The notes under the pieces were generated by a model, which was not told the origin of the DNA, ran no database searches, and saw only the letters and a list, made by a program, of their open reading frames with translations. The translations under genes and the position numbers were made by a program. A stretch of DNA of 64,000 nt from Gemmatimonadota bacterium (GTDB lineage: Bacteria; Gemmatimonadota; Gemmatimonadetes; Longimicrobiales; Gaopeijiaceae), in the NCBI GenBank assembly GCA_034521595.1, contig JAXHMG010000003.1, positions 256,001 through 320,000 on the forward strand, given 5' to 3'. The first letter of the stretch is position 1. Each line of letters starts with the position of its first letter. Positions 10,538-20,613 of the stretch are shown here, piece by piece.

Positions 10538-11907
10538 CGGACGTGCTGGACGTCGCCGCCGCCCGTCTCGGCGGGCGGGATGGGGATCGGGTGGCGCTTC
10601 ACGCGCCGCCGGGGGTGCTCACGGACCGGGAATTGGACCGGAAGGTGAGCCGGAGGGCGGAAGCGTTGCGAGAGGGCGGTTTGGAGCCCGGTACGGTCCA
10701 CCCGGTGGTGCTCGACACGACCGTGGACGGCATCGTCACCTTGCTGGCGCTTTGGCGGACGGGCGTGATCCCCGCCCCGCTGAATCCGAGGCTCACGGCC
10801 GCCGAGCGGGACGAGGCGCGCTCGGCGCTCCGGGAGGCACCGCCCGGGACGCAGGCCGTGCTCTGGACGTCGGGAACCACGGGACGTGCTCGGGGCGTGG
10901 CGCTCGGGCGCGAAGGGTTGGAGGCACACGTGGCCGCCGTGGCGGATCGGCTCGCCCTCGACGGTTCGGAGGCGTGGCTCGCTTCCCTCTCCCTCGCACA
11001 CGTCGGAGGGCTCGCCCTCGTCACCCGGGCGCTCCTGACGGGAGCCACGATGGTCCTTCCCCGGGGGAGGGGTACGGATGCGCTCGTCGGGAGCTTCGGG
11101 GAGGGACCCCGCGGCGATGGGTCGGCGTCGGATGTGACGCATCTCTCGCTCGTGCCCACTCAGCTCGACCGCCTCCTGGCCCGGTGGGGTTCTCGGCCGC
11201 CGCCCCCGACATTGCGGTGCATCCTCATCGGTGGAGCGCACGCGCCCCGGGAGCTCGTCGAGCGGGCTCTCGCGTCCGGATGGCCGATCGCGCTCACGTA
11301 TGGAATGACCGAGATGTGGTCCCAGGTCGCGACGGCTCCGCCTCCCGTCACCCGGGAACGGCCCGGGACCGTGGGCACGGCGCTCCCCGGGGTCCAGCTA
11401 CGATTGGACCAGCGAAGGGAGATCCTCGTGCGCGGGCCGACGCGTGCGCTCGGCTACATCGGTTCCACGGGGAGAGGCGCCACGGAGGGAGGCACCACCG
11501 AGGGGAATCCCCCCCTCACCGATTCCGATGGATGGTACCGTACCGGAGACCTCGGCGAGTTGGACGGGGAAGGATTCTTGAGGATCACGGGGCGGGCGTC
11601 GGAACGCATCGTGTCCGGGGGCGTGAACGTCGACCCGGTCGAGGTGGAGGACGTGGTGCGCGCGCATCCTTCGGTGGTCGACGTCGCCGTCGTCGGGGTG
11701 CCGAGTCGGGAATGGGGCGAGACGGTGGCGGCCGCCGTCGTTCCGGTGTGGGAAGCGTTCGAGCTCCCGGAGGTCGAGGCGTACGTGAGGGAACGCCTCA
11801 GCGGTCCGAAACGACCTCGCATGTGGAAGATGGAGGGAGCCGTGCCCCGGAACGTGAACGGCAAGGTCGACCGGGCCGCGGTCCGCGCGCTCTTCTCCGG
11901 TGGATGA
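10534..11907 (+). CDS. menE: O-succinylbenzoate-CoA ligase
   Basis: TSGTTGRARG, HVGGL, SLVPTQL, TYGMTE, RTGDLG, SGGVNVDP; ATGA overlap with menA. Confidence 0.88.
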   Translation: MTDVLDVAAARLGGRDGDRVALHAPPGVLTDRELDRKVSRRAEALREGGLEPGTVHPVVLDTTVDGIVTLLALWRTGVIPAPLNPRLTAAERDEARSALREAPPGTQAVLWTSGTTGRARGVALGREGLEAHVAAVADRLALDGSEAWLASLSLAHVGGLALVTRALLTGATMVLPRGRGTDALVGSFGEGPRGDGSASDVTHLSLVPTQLDRLLARWGSRPPPPTLRCILIGGAHAPRELVERALASGWPIALTYGMTEMWSQVATAPPPVTRERPGTVGTALPGVQLRLDQRREILVRGPTRALGYIGSTGRGATEGGTTEGNPPLTDSDGWYRTGDLGELDGEGFLRITGRASERIVSGGVNVDPVEVEDVVRAHPSVVDVAVVGVPSREWGETVAAAVVPVWEAFELPEVEAYVRERLSGPKRPRMWKMEGAVPRNVNGKVDRAAVRALFSGG

Positions 11908-11959
11908 TGCGGACCGGGGACTTGCCGGGGATCGGGACCGCAAGCCATGTTCGCGCCCC

Positions 11960-12190
11960 ATGAGCGTGCCCGGCCCCCGATCCCACTTCCGACCTCGCAC
12001 TCGCGCGGGGCGCACGATCACGGTCGCGTTCGTCGTGCTTTTCGTGCTCTGCATGCCTCCGGTCACCCACACGGTGTGGAATCGCATCGAGCCGACGCTG
12101 TTCGGCCTGCCTTTCTTGTGGTCGGTGCTGCTCGTCGTCTACGTCGCGCTGATCGGCGTCCTCGTCCGGGCGTTCCGGTCCGGCGTCTGA
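11960..12190 (+). CDS. DUF3311-type small membrane partner of an SSS transporter
   Basis: Two hydrophobic helices with NRIEPTLFGLPF; lies directly upstream of the symporter. Confidence 0.8.
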   Translation: MSVPGPRSHFRPRTRAGRTITVAFVVLFVLCMPPVTHTVWNRIEPTLFGLPFLWSVLLVVYVALIGVLVRAFRSGV

Positions 12191-12202
12191 GGGCGCTTCG
12201 AT

Positions 12203-13729
12203 ATGGACACGTGGGTCGTCGCCACGGGGCTGGTGCTCCTCTACATCGTGGCGACGGTCGTGCTCGGTATCGTGGCCAATCGGCGCATGTCCGTGGACAT
12301 GGAGGATTTCCTCCTCTACGGTCGACGCGCCGGCTTCATCGTGCTCTATCTCACGGTGGTCGCGACCTTCCACTCGGCGTTCGCGTTCCTCGGCTCGAGC
12401 GGGTTCTTCTACACGCACGGCATCGGCTTCTGGATGGCCGGAACCTGGACGGTGTTGGTCGGAGCCATCACGTACGTGCTCGGCACCAGGATCTGGGCGT
12501 TGGGCAAGGCGTTCGGTTACATGACGCCGGCGGATATGCTGGCCGACTTCTACGAGTCCGAAGCGGTGCGCGTGGTGGTGGCCGTGGTCTCGGTGGTCTT
12601 CACCATCCTCTATATACAGGTCCAGGCTCAGGGACTCGGCTACATCATAAGCGTGGCCTCGGGCGGTCGAATCTCGTTCGAGTTGGGCACGCTGGTCTTG
12701 CTCGTCGTGGCGGCCGCGTATCTGATGGCGGGAGGGCTCCGGGCCGTCTATTGGACGGACGTCTTGCAGGGTGTGTGGATGTACGTGGCCGTTTGGGTCG
12801 GAGCACTCGTCCTCGCCTACGAGCTCTTCGGAGGTCCGCTCGAGCTCGTCCGAGCCGTCGCCGCGCAGCGGCCCGACCTGCTCACCCTTCCGGGGCCGGA
12901 AGGTTTTTTCACGCCGGGCATGTGGCTCGGGATGACGCTCACGCTGTCGTTCGGCATCGTCTTTCAGCCGCACATGATGATCCGTTACTACACGGCGATC
13001 GACGGCAAGACGTTGAAGCTCCTCGGCGCGACGACCCCCATCTACCTCGTGACGTTGTACATCCCGACGGCGCTCGTCGGGCTCGGAGGCGCCTTGGTCA
13101 TGCCCGACCTCGCGGTGCCGGACCGGATCTTTCCGGAGCTTCTGTTCGCCTACGCTCCGGCGTGGCTGACCGGTCTGATCCTGGCGGGTGCGACCGCGGC
13201 GGCCATGTCCACGCTGGATTCGATTCTGCACGCCAACATGACGGTCCTGACGAGGGACGTGTACCAGCGCTACATCCAGACGGACCGGACCCAGGCCCAC
13301 TACGTCGCCGTCGGGCGCTTGCTCGTCGTTCTGCTCTTGGGCATAGGCTACCTGCTCTCGGTGCACACGTTCGATTTCCTCGTGGTGCTGGTGACTCTGT
13401 CCGGCTCGGGCGCCCTGCAGCTCATGCCCGCGATCCTCGGCGTCTGCTTTCCGGGGCGTAGAACCCTGACTCGTGCCGGCGTGCTCGCGGGGATCGGCAG
13501 CGGGCTGGCCGTGTTGTACCTCACGCTCGTCGTGGTGCCCCACCCGTACGGCATGCACGGCGCGGTATGGTCGCTGCTCGTCAACGCCGTGGTGGCCCTC
13601 AACGTCTCCGCGGTGACTCGGCCTCCAGCACCCGGCACTATCGCACGGGTCCACGGGGAGCTCGAGCGTTTCGTCTATGGAGCCGGACCCGATTCGGACC
13701 ACGAAGAAGCCGGAGAGGCACAAACATGA
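12203..13729 (+). CDS. Sodium:solute symporter (SSS) family
   Basis: About 13 TM segments; DFLLYGRR, SAFAFLG, GGLRAVYWTDVLQG, AAAMSTLDS. Confidence 0.93.
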   Translation: MDTWVVATGLVLLYIVATVVLGIVANRRMSVDMEDFLLYGRRAGFIVLYLTVVATFHSAFAFLGSSGFFYTHGIGFWMAGTWTVLVGAITYVLGTRIWALGKAFGYMTPADMLADFYESEAVRVVVAVVSVVFTILYIQVQAQGLGYIISVASGGRISFELGTLVLLVVAAAYLMAGGLRAVYWTDVLQGVWMYVAVWVGALVLAYELFGGPLELVRAVAAQRPDLLTLPGPEGFFTPGMWLGMTLTLSFGIVFQPHMMIRYYTAIDGKTLKLLGATTPIYLVTLYIPTALVGLGGALVMPDLAVPDRIFPELLFAYAPAWLTGLILAGATAAAMSTLDSILHANMTVLTRDVYQRYIQTDRTQAHYVAVGRLLVVLLLGIGYLLSVHTFDFLVVLVTLSGSGALQLMPAILGVCFPGRRTLTRAGVLAGIGSGLAVLYLTLVVVPHPYGMHGAVWSLLVNAVVALNVSAVTRPPAPGTIARVHGELERFVYGAGPDSDHEEAGEAQT

Positions 13730-14655
13730 TGAGATATCTTTACAGCCCAGCGGACCGGACCCGACCGGCGACTCTCCCCTTCATTCTGTCCGTTCTCGTG
13801 CTTCTCGCCGTGCCGGCCCCCGCACCGGCGCAGGACGTCGAGCAGCTCGGGACGGTCGTCGGTCCGGAGCGGGGAACGCTACTGGCGGTCGGCGGCGCGA
13901 TGGAGAGTGCCGAGATCTATCGGACCTTCATCGAGCTCGCCGGCGGACCCGGCGCGCACTTGGTGATGATTCCGACGGCGGGCGGTGAGCCACACTACGA
14001 CCACCGTTACCCCGGATTGAACGCGTGGCGGGAGCACGGCGCCCGCAACCTCACGGTGCTGCACACGACCGACCCCGCGGTTGCCGACACCGAAGCGTTC
14101 GTGGAGCCGCTGGCTTCGGCCGACGGCGTGTTCTTCTTCGGTGGGAGACAGTGGCGCCTGGTCGAAGCGTACGCGGGGACCCGCACGGAGGAGGCCATCC
14201 GCCGCGTCCTGGACCGGGGCGGCGTGGTCGGAGGAACGTCCGCGGGGGCTTCGATCCAAGGCTCCTACCTCGTTCGGGGCGACACGCGCACGAACCAGCT
14301 CGTGATGGGCGACCATCAGGAGGGGTTCGGATATCTGCGCGGGGTGGGGATCGACCAGCACGTGCTGCGCCGGAACCGCCATTTCGACCTGCTGGAGTTG
14401 GTCCAAGCCCGGCCGGAGCTTCTCGGTATCGGCCTCGACGAGGACACGGCGATCGTCGTGCGGGGGGATCGGTTCGAAGTGATCGGCCGCTCGTATGTCG
14501 TCATCTACGACCCGGAGACGGTGACCGATGCCGGTGGCGGGTTCTACTTCCTGGCGCCGGGGGACGAGTTCGATCTGGCGTCGCGGCGGGCCGTGCGACC
14601 TTCGGAGACTCTCCGGGCGGTGCCCGGCGTGCAGCCGCGGTCGCCGGAGCCGTGA
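13726..14655 (+). CDS. Secreted cyanophycinase (peptidase S51)
   Basis: Signal peptide ending APA-Q; LLAVGG, IPTA, FFFGGRQ, GGTSAGA (catalytic Ser), IDQH, GIGLDEDT. Confidence 0.88.
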   Translation: MMRYLYSPADRTRPATLPFILSVLVLLAVPAPAPAQDVEQLGTVVGPERGTLLAVGGAMESAEIYRTFIELAGGPGAHLVMIPTAGGEPHYDHRYPGLNAWREHGARNLTVLHTTDPAVADTEAFVEPLASADGVFFFGGRQWRLVEAYAGTRTEEAIRRVLDRGGVVGGTSAGASIQGSYLVRGDTRTNQLVMGDHQEGFGYLRGVGIDQHVLRRNRHFDLLELVQARPELLGIGLDEDTAIVVRGDRFEVIGRSYVVIYDPETVTDAGGGFYFLAPGDEFDLASRRAVRPSETLRAVPGVQPRSPEP

Positions 14656-14714
14656 GCCCCGCGCCCGCCGCGCGCGAGCTCTCCATCCGGGTCTCAGCAG
14701 AATCGTGTCGGGGC

Positions 14715-14803
14715 GTGTCTTTATCAGTACCAGCGAACGAAGCACCAATTCCGTGGGCCCTCTCGCCTCCTCGCTGGCGAGGCCCCTGGATGATCCATAT
14801 ACT
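14715..14803 (+). promoter_or_regulatory. Putative sigma70-type promoter plus upstream motif for module copy 1
   Basis: GTGTCTTTATcaGTA at 14715; TGGCGA-N17-TATACT (14775-14803). The same layout recurs at 27421-27503. Confidence 0.55.
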
Positions 14804-14915
14804 GCAACACAGATCGGACAAGCGAATAGTAAGGATATAGAACTCTAGAGATCGGAGCTGGCCGGACCTGATATCGGCTCGGTCGTGTTTCGTTCGCGCG
14901 AAGGTCGGAGGTTGA

Positions 14916-17366
14916 ATGAAGACAGTGGCTGCCCCTATCGCGGCGCTCGGTGCATTGGTGGTTGCCGTGGGTGGTGCGTGGGAGCCGTACTCGTCGGAAT
15001 CGGGCAACGAGCCCGACGACGAGCTCGCGGAGCAACCCCGAGTCGCCCAATCCGCGGCGACCGAGCAGGAAGTCATCGAGCAGTATTGCGTGCGCTGTCA
15101 CAGCGATCGCCGCATGCAGGGAAATCTGTCACTCGAAGACTTCGACGCGACCGCGCCCCATGAGCGAGCGCAGGTCGCCGAGAAGATGATCGTCAAGCTT
15201 CGTACCGGCATGATGCCGCCCCCCGGGGCGAACAGACCGGCGGGCGACACGTTGACGTCGCTCGTGCGGTCGATCGAGGAGCGAGTCGACCGGGCCGCAG
15301 CCGCCTCCCCGCAACCGGGCCAACGGACGTTCCAGCGCCTGAATCGGGTGGAGTACAGCCGCTCGATCGAAGACCTCTTGGGGCTCCAGATCGACGCCGG
15401 TGACTACCTCCCGCTCGATACCAAGGCCGACAACTTCGACAACATCGCGGACGTCCAGCTCCTGTCCCCGACGCTTCTCGATGCGTACATGAACGCGGCC
15501 GCCGAGATCAGCCGGCTGGCGGTCGGTGATCCGAACGCCGCGTATTCCGAGCGCACGTACACGGTGTCCGGCTACGTGTCACAGGACGAGCGCGTGGACG
15601 GGGCGCCGTTCGGAACGCGCGGGGGCGTCAGCATCGAGCACAACTTTCCGGCCGACGGGGACTACATCTTCACGATCGTACCGGAACACACGACGACGGG
15701 GAGCGGCTTCTTCGGGCAAATCGCCCGCTACCAACAAGTCGAGATCTCCATCAACGGTGAGAGGAAAGCGCTCCTCGATATCGATCAGTGGATGGATGTG
15801 GCCGATCCCGAAGGGATCTCGATGCGCACGCCCCCCATATTCGTGCCCGCGGGCCCGCAGAGGGTCACGGCCGCGTTCATCAAGCGGGCGGAAGGCCCGG
15901 CCGAGGACTTGCTTTCCCCTCACGATTGGACGCTGGCCGACCGGCACACCGGAATGGGGGGGTATGGCCTCAGGCTGCTTCCTCACATACGTGACCTGAT
16001 CGTGGCGGGGCCGCGGCGCGTCACGGGTGTGTCCGACAATCCCGTTCGGGACCGGATCTTCACCTGCCGCCCGGTCGAGCCCCGGGACGAGGAGCCGTGT
16101 GCCGAGCGGATCCTCACGGATCTCGCCGAGCAGGCATACCGTCGCCCGGTCGCGGAGCGAGATCGGGAGGCCCTGCTCCGGTTCTATGAGATGGGCGCGG
16201 AGGAAGGAGGCTTCGAAGTCGGTATCCGTACGGGGCTGCAGGCCCTCCTGGCCAGCCCCCACTTCATCTTCCGCTTCGAGGGGCCGGCGGATTCGGCCAC
16301 ACCGGGAGAGGCGTTCGAGATCAGCGACCAGGCGCTCGCGTCCCGGCTGTCGTTCTTCCTGTGGGGACGGCCGCCCGACGAAGAGCTCCGGAGCGTTGCC
16401 GCCGATGGTAGGCTCTCCAATGACGCCGAGCTCGAGCGCCAGGTGCGCCGTATGTTGGAGGATCCGCGCTCCGAGGCGCTCGCGACGCGATTCGCCGCGC
16501 AGTGGCTCCGGCTCCCCGACCTGGACAAGGTCCATCCCGACCAGTTCTGGTATCCGGACTACGATCAGCAGCTCGCCAACGCCATGCGTCGCGAGACCGA
16601 GCTCTTTTTCCACAGCCTGGTCCGCGAAGATCGGTCCGTTCTGGATCTCTACAACGCGGACTATACGTTCGTGAACGAGCGTCTCGCACGGCACTACGGA
16701 ATCGACGGGGTCGTCGGTGACCAGTTCAAACGGGTGCGTTATCCCGGAGAGCGGCGGCGGGGCATCCTCGGCCACGGGAGCGTCCTGACGCTGACGTCGC
16801 ACGCGGGGCGGACCTCCCCGGTATTGCGCGGGAAGTGGGTCATGGAGGTCCTCATGGGATCACCGCCCCCTCCTCCACCACCGGGTGTGCCGCCTCTCGA
16901 TGAGACCTCGGACCAGGTGACCGATGGTCGGGTGCTCACCACCAAGGAACGGATGGAGATGCACCGGGCCAATCCGACGTGTAACGCCTGTCATCGCTTC
17001 ATCGACCCCATAGGGCTCGCGCTCGACAACTTCGACGTCACGGGCAAGTGGCGGATCAAGGAGAACGGGGTGGAGCTGGACACCCGAGGCGAGCTCTACG
17101 ACGGCACGCCGGTCGATAGCCCCGGGGCGCTCACCGAAGCGCTTCTGAGCCGACCGATCCCGCTCCTGCGGACGTTTACCGAGAACCTCATGGCATATGC
17201 TCTGGGACGTCTGGTGGAGTATCGGGACCAACCGACGGTGCGCCACATCGTGAGCGAAGCCGAGAAGAAAGATTACCGGATGTCTGCGTTCATTCTCGGT
17301 GTGGTGAAGAGTGACGCGTTCCGGATGCAGGGAGCCGGAACCGCGACGGACGACGCGGCGAACTAA
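14916..17366 (+). CDS. DUF1592/DUF1588/DUF1587/DUF1595/DUF1585 multidomain c-type cytochrome, copy 1
   Basis: Signal peptide; CVRCH...MMPP; RLNRVEY; ASPHFIFR; LASRLSFFLW; TSPVLRGKWV; CNACH..IDPIG; YALGR. Confidence 0.92.
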   Translation: MKTVAAPIAALGALVVAVGGAWEPYSSESGNEPDDELAEQPRVAQSAATEQEVIEQYCVRCHSDRRMQGNLSLEDFDATAPHERAQVAEKMIVKLRTGMMPPPGANRPAGDTLTSLVRSIEERVDRAAAASPQPGQRTFQRLNRVEYSRSIEDLLGLQIDAGDYLPLDTKADNFDNIADVQLLSPTLLDAYMNAAAEISRLAVGDPNAAYSERTYTVSGYVSQDERVDGAPFGTRGGVSIEHNFPADGDYIFTIVPEHTTTGSGFFGQIARYQQVEISINGERKALLDIDQWMDVADPEGISMRTPPIFVPAGPQRVTAAFIKRAEGPAEDLLSPHDWTLADRHTGMGGYGLRLLPHIRDLIVAGPRRVTGVSDNPVRDRIFTCRPVEPRDEEPCAERILTDLAEQAYRRPVAERDREALLRFYEMGAEEGGFEVGIRTGLQALLASPHFIFRFEGPADSATPGEAFEISDQALASRLSFFLWGRPPDEELRSVAADGRLSNDAELERQVRRMLEDPRSEALATRFAAQWLRLPDLDKVHPDQFWYPDYDQQLANAMRRETELFFHSLVREDRSVLDLYNADYTFVNERLARHYGIDGVVGDQFKRVRYPGERRRGILGHGSVLTLTSHAGRTSPVLRGKWVMEVLMGSPPPPPPPGVPPLDETSDQVTDGRVLTTKERMEMHRANPTCNACHRFIDPIGLALDNFDVTGKWRIKENGVELDTRGELYDGTPVDSPGALTEALLSRPIPLLRTFTENLMAYALGRLVEYRDQPTVRHIVSEAEKKDYRMSAFILGVVKSDAFRMQGAGTATDDAAN

Positions 17367-17386
17367 CTTCAGGAGGCCCCGAGGTC

Positions 17387-18784
17387 ATGGAATTCATCAC
17401 TGGAAAGCGACTCGAGCGACGCACCTTCCTCAAAGGGATGGGCGCCACCGTGGCTTTGCCGCTGCTCGACGCCATGGTTCCCGCTGGACGCGGGTGGTCG
17501 CAGGACGATCCGACGCGCTTCGTCGCGATCGAGTTGGTCCATGGAGCGGCCGGCTGCAACGAGTGGGGTGCGACCCAGAACCTTTGGGCGCCCGCAGACG
17601 TGGGGTCGAACTTCGATCTGAGCCCGAGCTCGCTCAGCCCGCTCGACCCGTGGCGTGACTATCTGACGATCGTGAGCAACACGGACGTGCGCATGGCCGA
17701 GGCGTACGCGCCCGGTGAGATCGGGGCGGACCACTTCCGCTCCAGCGCCGTGTTCCTCACCCAGGCGCATCCCAAGCAGACCCGAGGGTCCGATGTGTTC
17801 GTCGGAACCTCGATGGACCAGATCTACGCCAACCGCTTCGGGCAAGATACGCCGATTCCCTCGATGCAGCTTTGCATTGAGAACGTTGATCAATCCGGCG
17901 GGTGCGCGTACGGGTACTCGTGCGTCTATACCGACTCCATCAGTTGGGCGGCTCCCGACGAGCCCCTACCGCTCATTCGCGATCCGCGCGTAGCGTTCGA
18001 GATGCTCTTCGGAGCGGGCGCCACGCCGGAAGAGAGAGCGCGGCGTCGACGGACCAACCACAGCATTCTCGACTGGATCGGAGACGAGGTCGCCTACCTG
18101 AAGCGGGAGCTCGGACCGAACGATCACCGCCGACTCGACCGCTATCTGGAAAACGTGCGTGAGCTCGAGCGCAGGATCGAGGGCGTCGAGGCGCAGAACC
18201 AGAGCGGAGAGACGAGGGAGCTCCCCGAAGCACCTGCCGGCGTCCCCGATTCGTTCGAGGAGCACATGCGCCTGATGTTCGACATCCAGGCCCTCGCGTT
18301 CGCTTCCGACATGACACGCGTGTTTTCGTTCAAGACGGGTCGGGACGCCTCGGGGCGCGTGTATCCGGAAAGTGGCACGGACAAGCCGTTCCATCCGGCC
18401 TCCCACCATGGCGGCCAGGAGGAGGCGATCCTCGACTTCGCCAAGATCAATACGTATCACGTGAGCATGCTCCCGTACTTCCTCACGAAGCTGAAAGACC
18501 TCGAGGAGGGAGATGGAACCATGCTCGATAAGACGATGATCCTCCTCGGCTCGCCGATGGGTGACCCGAACGTCCACAACCATCGCCGTTGTCCCCTCGT
18601 GACCTTGGGTAAGGCGAACGGACAGCTACAAGGGAACGTGCACTTGAAGGCTCCGGACGGGACGCCGATGGCGAACGTCATGCTGAGCCTGATGCACCGT
18701 CTCGGTATGGACGATATGCACAGCTTCGGGGACAGCACGGGCGAGTTGTCGCTCTCTGCACCTTCTCACGCTTCGGCGATGTGA
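17387..18784 (+). CDS. DUF1552 (HxxSHH) protein with twin-arginine signal, copy 1
   Basis: ERRTFLKG Tat motif; ALPLLDAM; HPASHH; GCAYGYSCVY. Confidence 0.92.
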   Translation: MEFITGKRLERRTFLKGMGATVALPLLDAMVPAGRGWSQDDPTRFVAIELVHGAAGCNEWGATQNLWAPADVGSNFDLSPSSLSPLDPWRDYLTIVSNTDVRMAEAYAPGEIGADHFRSSAVFLTQAHPKQTRGSDVFVGTSMDQIYANRFGQDTPIPSMQLCIENVDQSGGCAYGYSCVYTDSISWAAPDEPLPLIRDPRVAFEMLFGAGATPEERARRRRTNHSILDWIGDEVAYLKRELGPNDHRRLDRYLENVRELERRIEGVEAQNQSGETRELPEAPAGVPDSFEEHMRLMFDIQALAFASDMTRVFSFKTGRDASGRVYPESGTDKPFHPASHHGGQEEAILDFAKINTYHVSMLPYFLTKLKDLEEGDGTMLDKTMILLGSPMGDPNVHNHRRCPLVTLGKANGQLQGNVHLKAPDGTPMANVMLSLMHRLGMDDMHSFGDSTGELSLSAPSHASAM

Positions 18785-18788
18785 CGAG

Positions 18789-20585
18789 ATGATGTTCGGA
18801 CGAATTCGTCATCCGATGAAACGAATCCGGGCGCCGCTCGTGGTGCTCGGCGCGCTGGTGTTGTGGGGAAGCGTCCCACCGGACGCCCCGCTCGCCGACG
18901 CGGCGATGGAGGACGATGCTGCCCGCGTGGTAGAGCTCCTCGAGTCCGGGGCGGACGTCAACGCCGCACAGGGCGACGGGATGACGGCGCTCCATTGGGC
19001 CGCGTATAACGGGCGAGCCGAGCTCGTGGAGACGCTCCTGAGTGCCGGAGCGAACATCGATCCCGTGACGCGGATCGGGAGCTATACACCGCTCCACCAC
19101 GCCGCCCGCAACGGGTACGCGGACGTCGTGGATGCGCTGTTGGCCGCGGGAGCGAATCCGGAAGCACGCACGTCGACTGGGGGGGCTAGCCCCCTCCATC
19201 TGGCCGCGGCCGCCGGACGCGAAGCGGCCGTGGAGAGCCTCGTGCGAGCCGGGGCCGAGGTCGATGCGCGTGAAGAACGATGGGGCCAAACCCCTCTCAT
19301 CTTCGCCGCCTCGGCCGGCCGGACGTCGGCCGTTCGGACCCTCATGGATCTTGGAGCGGACCCGTCTTTGACGACGAACGTGGTCGACATCCCCGAGAAG
19401 GAGGCCGTCGACCGAGCCGCCGGGGAGGTCCGGGACCAGATCCTCGAGACGTTCCGTGAACAGGCGGAGGACGAGAGCTCGTGGCGCCCGGATCCCAGTC
19501 AGGTGAAAGCGGCCGTACAGGCGGCGCAAGATGTGCAGAAGGCTGGGACGGTGTCGGGCGACACGTCCGAGCGCGACACCTCCGACGACGCGTTCGTCGG
19601 CTACACCGGATTGGTCGGCACGCAGGGCGGCTTGACCGCCCTCCTGCATGCCGTTCGTGAAGGACATGCCGAGACGGCCATCGCGCTGATCGAGGGTGGG
19701 GCCGAGGTGAATCGGCGGAGTGCCGGAGACGAGACTCCCCCGTTGTTGATGGCCACCATCAACGGGCACTTCGATCTCGCGCTAGAGTTGCTCGTGCGAG
19801 GGGCCGACCCGAATCTCGCGAGCGTGGCGGGTGCCACGCCCCTGTACACCGCGCTGAATACCCAGTGGGCCCCGAAGGCTCGTTATCCCCAACAGCAGGC
19901 CTACCAGCAGCAGGAAGCGAGCTACCTCGATGTCATGGAGGCGCTGCTCGAGGCGGGTGCGGACCCGAACGTCCGGCTGCGGCAGCATCTCTGGTACATG
20001 TCTTACACGTTCGATCTGCTCGGCGTGAACGTGGCGGGCTCCACGCCATTCTGGCGTGCGGCGTACGCGACTGACGCCGAGGCCATGCGCCTCCTCGTGG
20101 AGCACGGCGCAGATCCGGACATTCCCACGCGAAAGCCTCCCGAGCGGCGGCGAGGGGACGAGGAGTCCGAGGAGGAGGATCCTTCGGGATTGCCCCCCGT
20201 GCCGGTTGGAGGACCTGCCGTGTGGCCCATCCACGCGGCGGCCGGTGTCGGATACGGACAGGGGTTCGCCGGGAACGCGCACCGACATGTGCCCGACGGC
20301 TGGATGCCGGCGATGCGCTACTTGGTCGAGGACCTCGGCGTGGACGTGAACGTTCGAGACCACGACGGCTACAACGCCGTTCACCATGCGGCCGCGCGCG
20401 GGCACGACGAGATGATCCGGTTCCTGGTCGAGCACGGAGCGGACGTGACGGCCGTGAGCCGAGAAGGCCAGACGACGGCGGACATGGCCAATGGGCCCGT
20501 CCAGCGTATCAGTCCCTTCCCGTCGACGATCCGCTTACTCGAGAGCCTCGGGTCCGAGAACAACGACAATTGTGTCTCGTGCTGA
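18789..20585 (+). CDS. Exported ankyrin-repeat protein with C-terminal CxxC, copy 1
   Basis: Hydrophobic N-terminus; many G.T(A/P)LH.AA..G repeats; ends NNDNCVSC. Start may be 18816. Confidence 0.92.
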   Translation: MMFGRIRHPMKRIRAPLVVLGALVLWGSVPPDAPLADAAMEDDAARVVELLESGADVNAAQGDGMTALHWAAYNGRAELVETLLSAGANIDPVTRIGSYTPLHHAARNGYADVVDALLAAGANPEARTSTGGASPLHLAAAAGREAAVESLVRAGAEVDAREERWGQTPLIFAASAGRTSAVRTLMDLGADPSLTTNVVDIPEKEAVDRAAGEVRDQILETFREQAEDESSWRPDPSQVKAAVQAAQDVQKAGTVSGDTSERDTSDDAFVGYTGLVGTQGGLTALLHAVREGHAETAIALIEGGAEVNRRSAGDETPPLLMATINGHFDLALELLVRGADPNLASVAGATPLYTALNTQWAPKARYPQQQAYQQQEASYLDVMEALLEAGADPNVRLRQHLWYMSYTFDLLGVNVAGSTPFWRAAYATDAEAMRLLVEHGADPDIPTRKPPERRRGDEESEEEDPSGLPPVPVGGPAVWPIHAAAGVGYGQGFAGNAHRHVPDGWMPAMRYLVEDLGVDVNVRDHDGYNAVHHAAARGHDEMIRFLVEHGADVTAVSREGQTTADMANGPVQRISPFPSTIRLLESLGSENNDNCVSC

Positions 20586-20613
20586 CTGAAGCACACCGAA
20601 GGAGATAGGTATC

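Noticed and set aside
20571-20585. Terminal CVSC as a eukaryotic CaaX prenylation motif (effector-like ankyrin)
   Set aside because: Copy 3 has CQSC, the proteins have N-terminal export signals and lie in periplasmic cytochrome operons, and no secretion-system genes are in the window.
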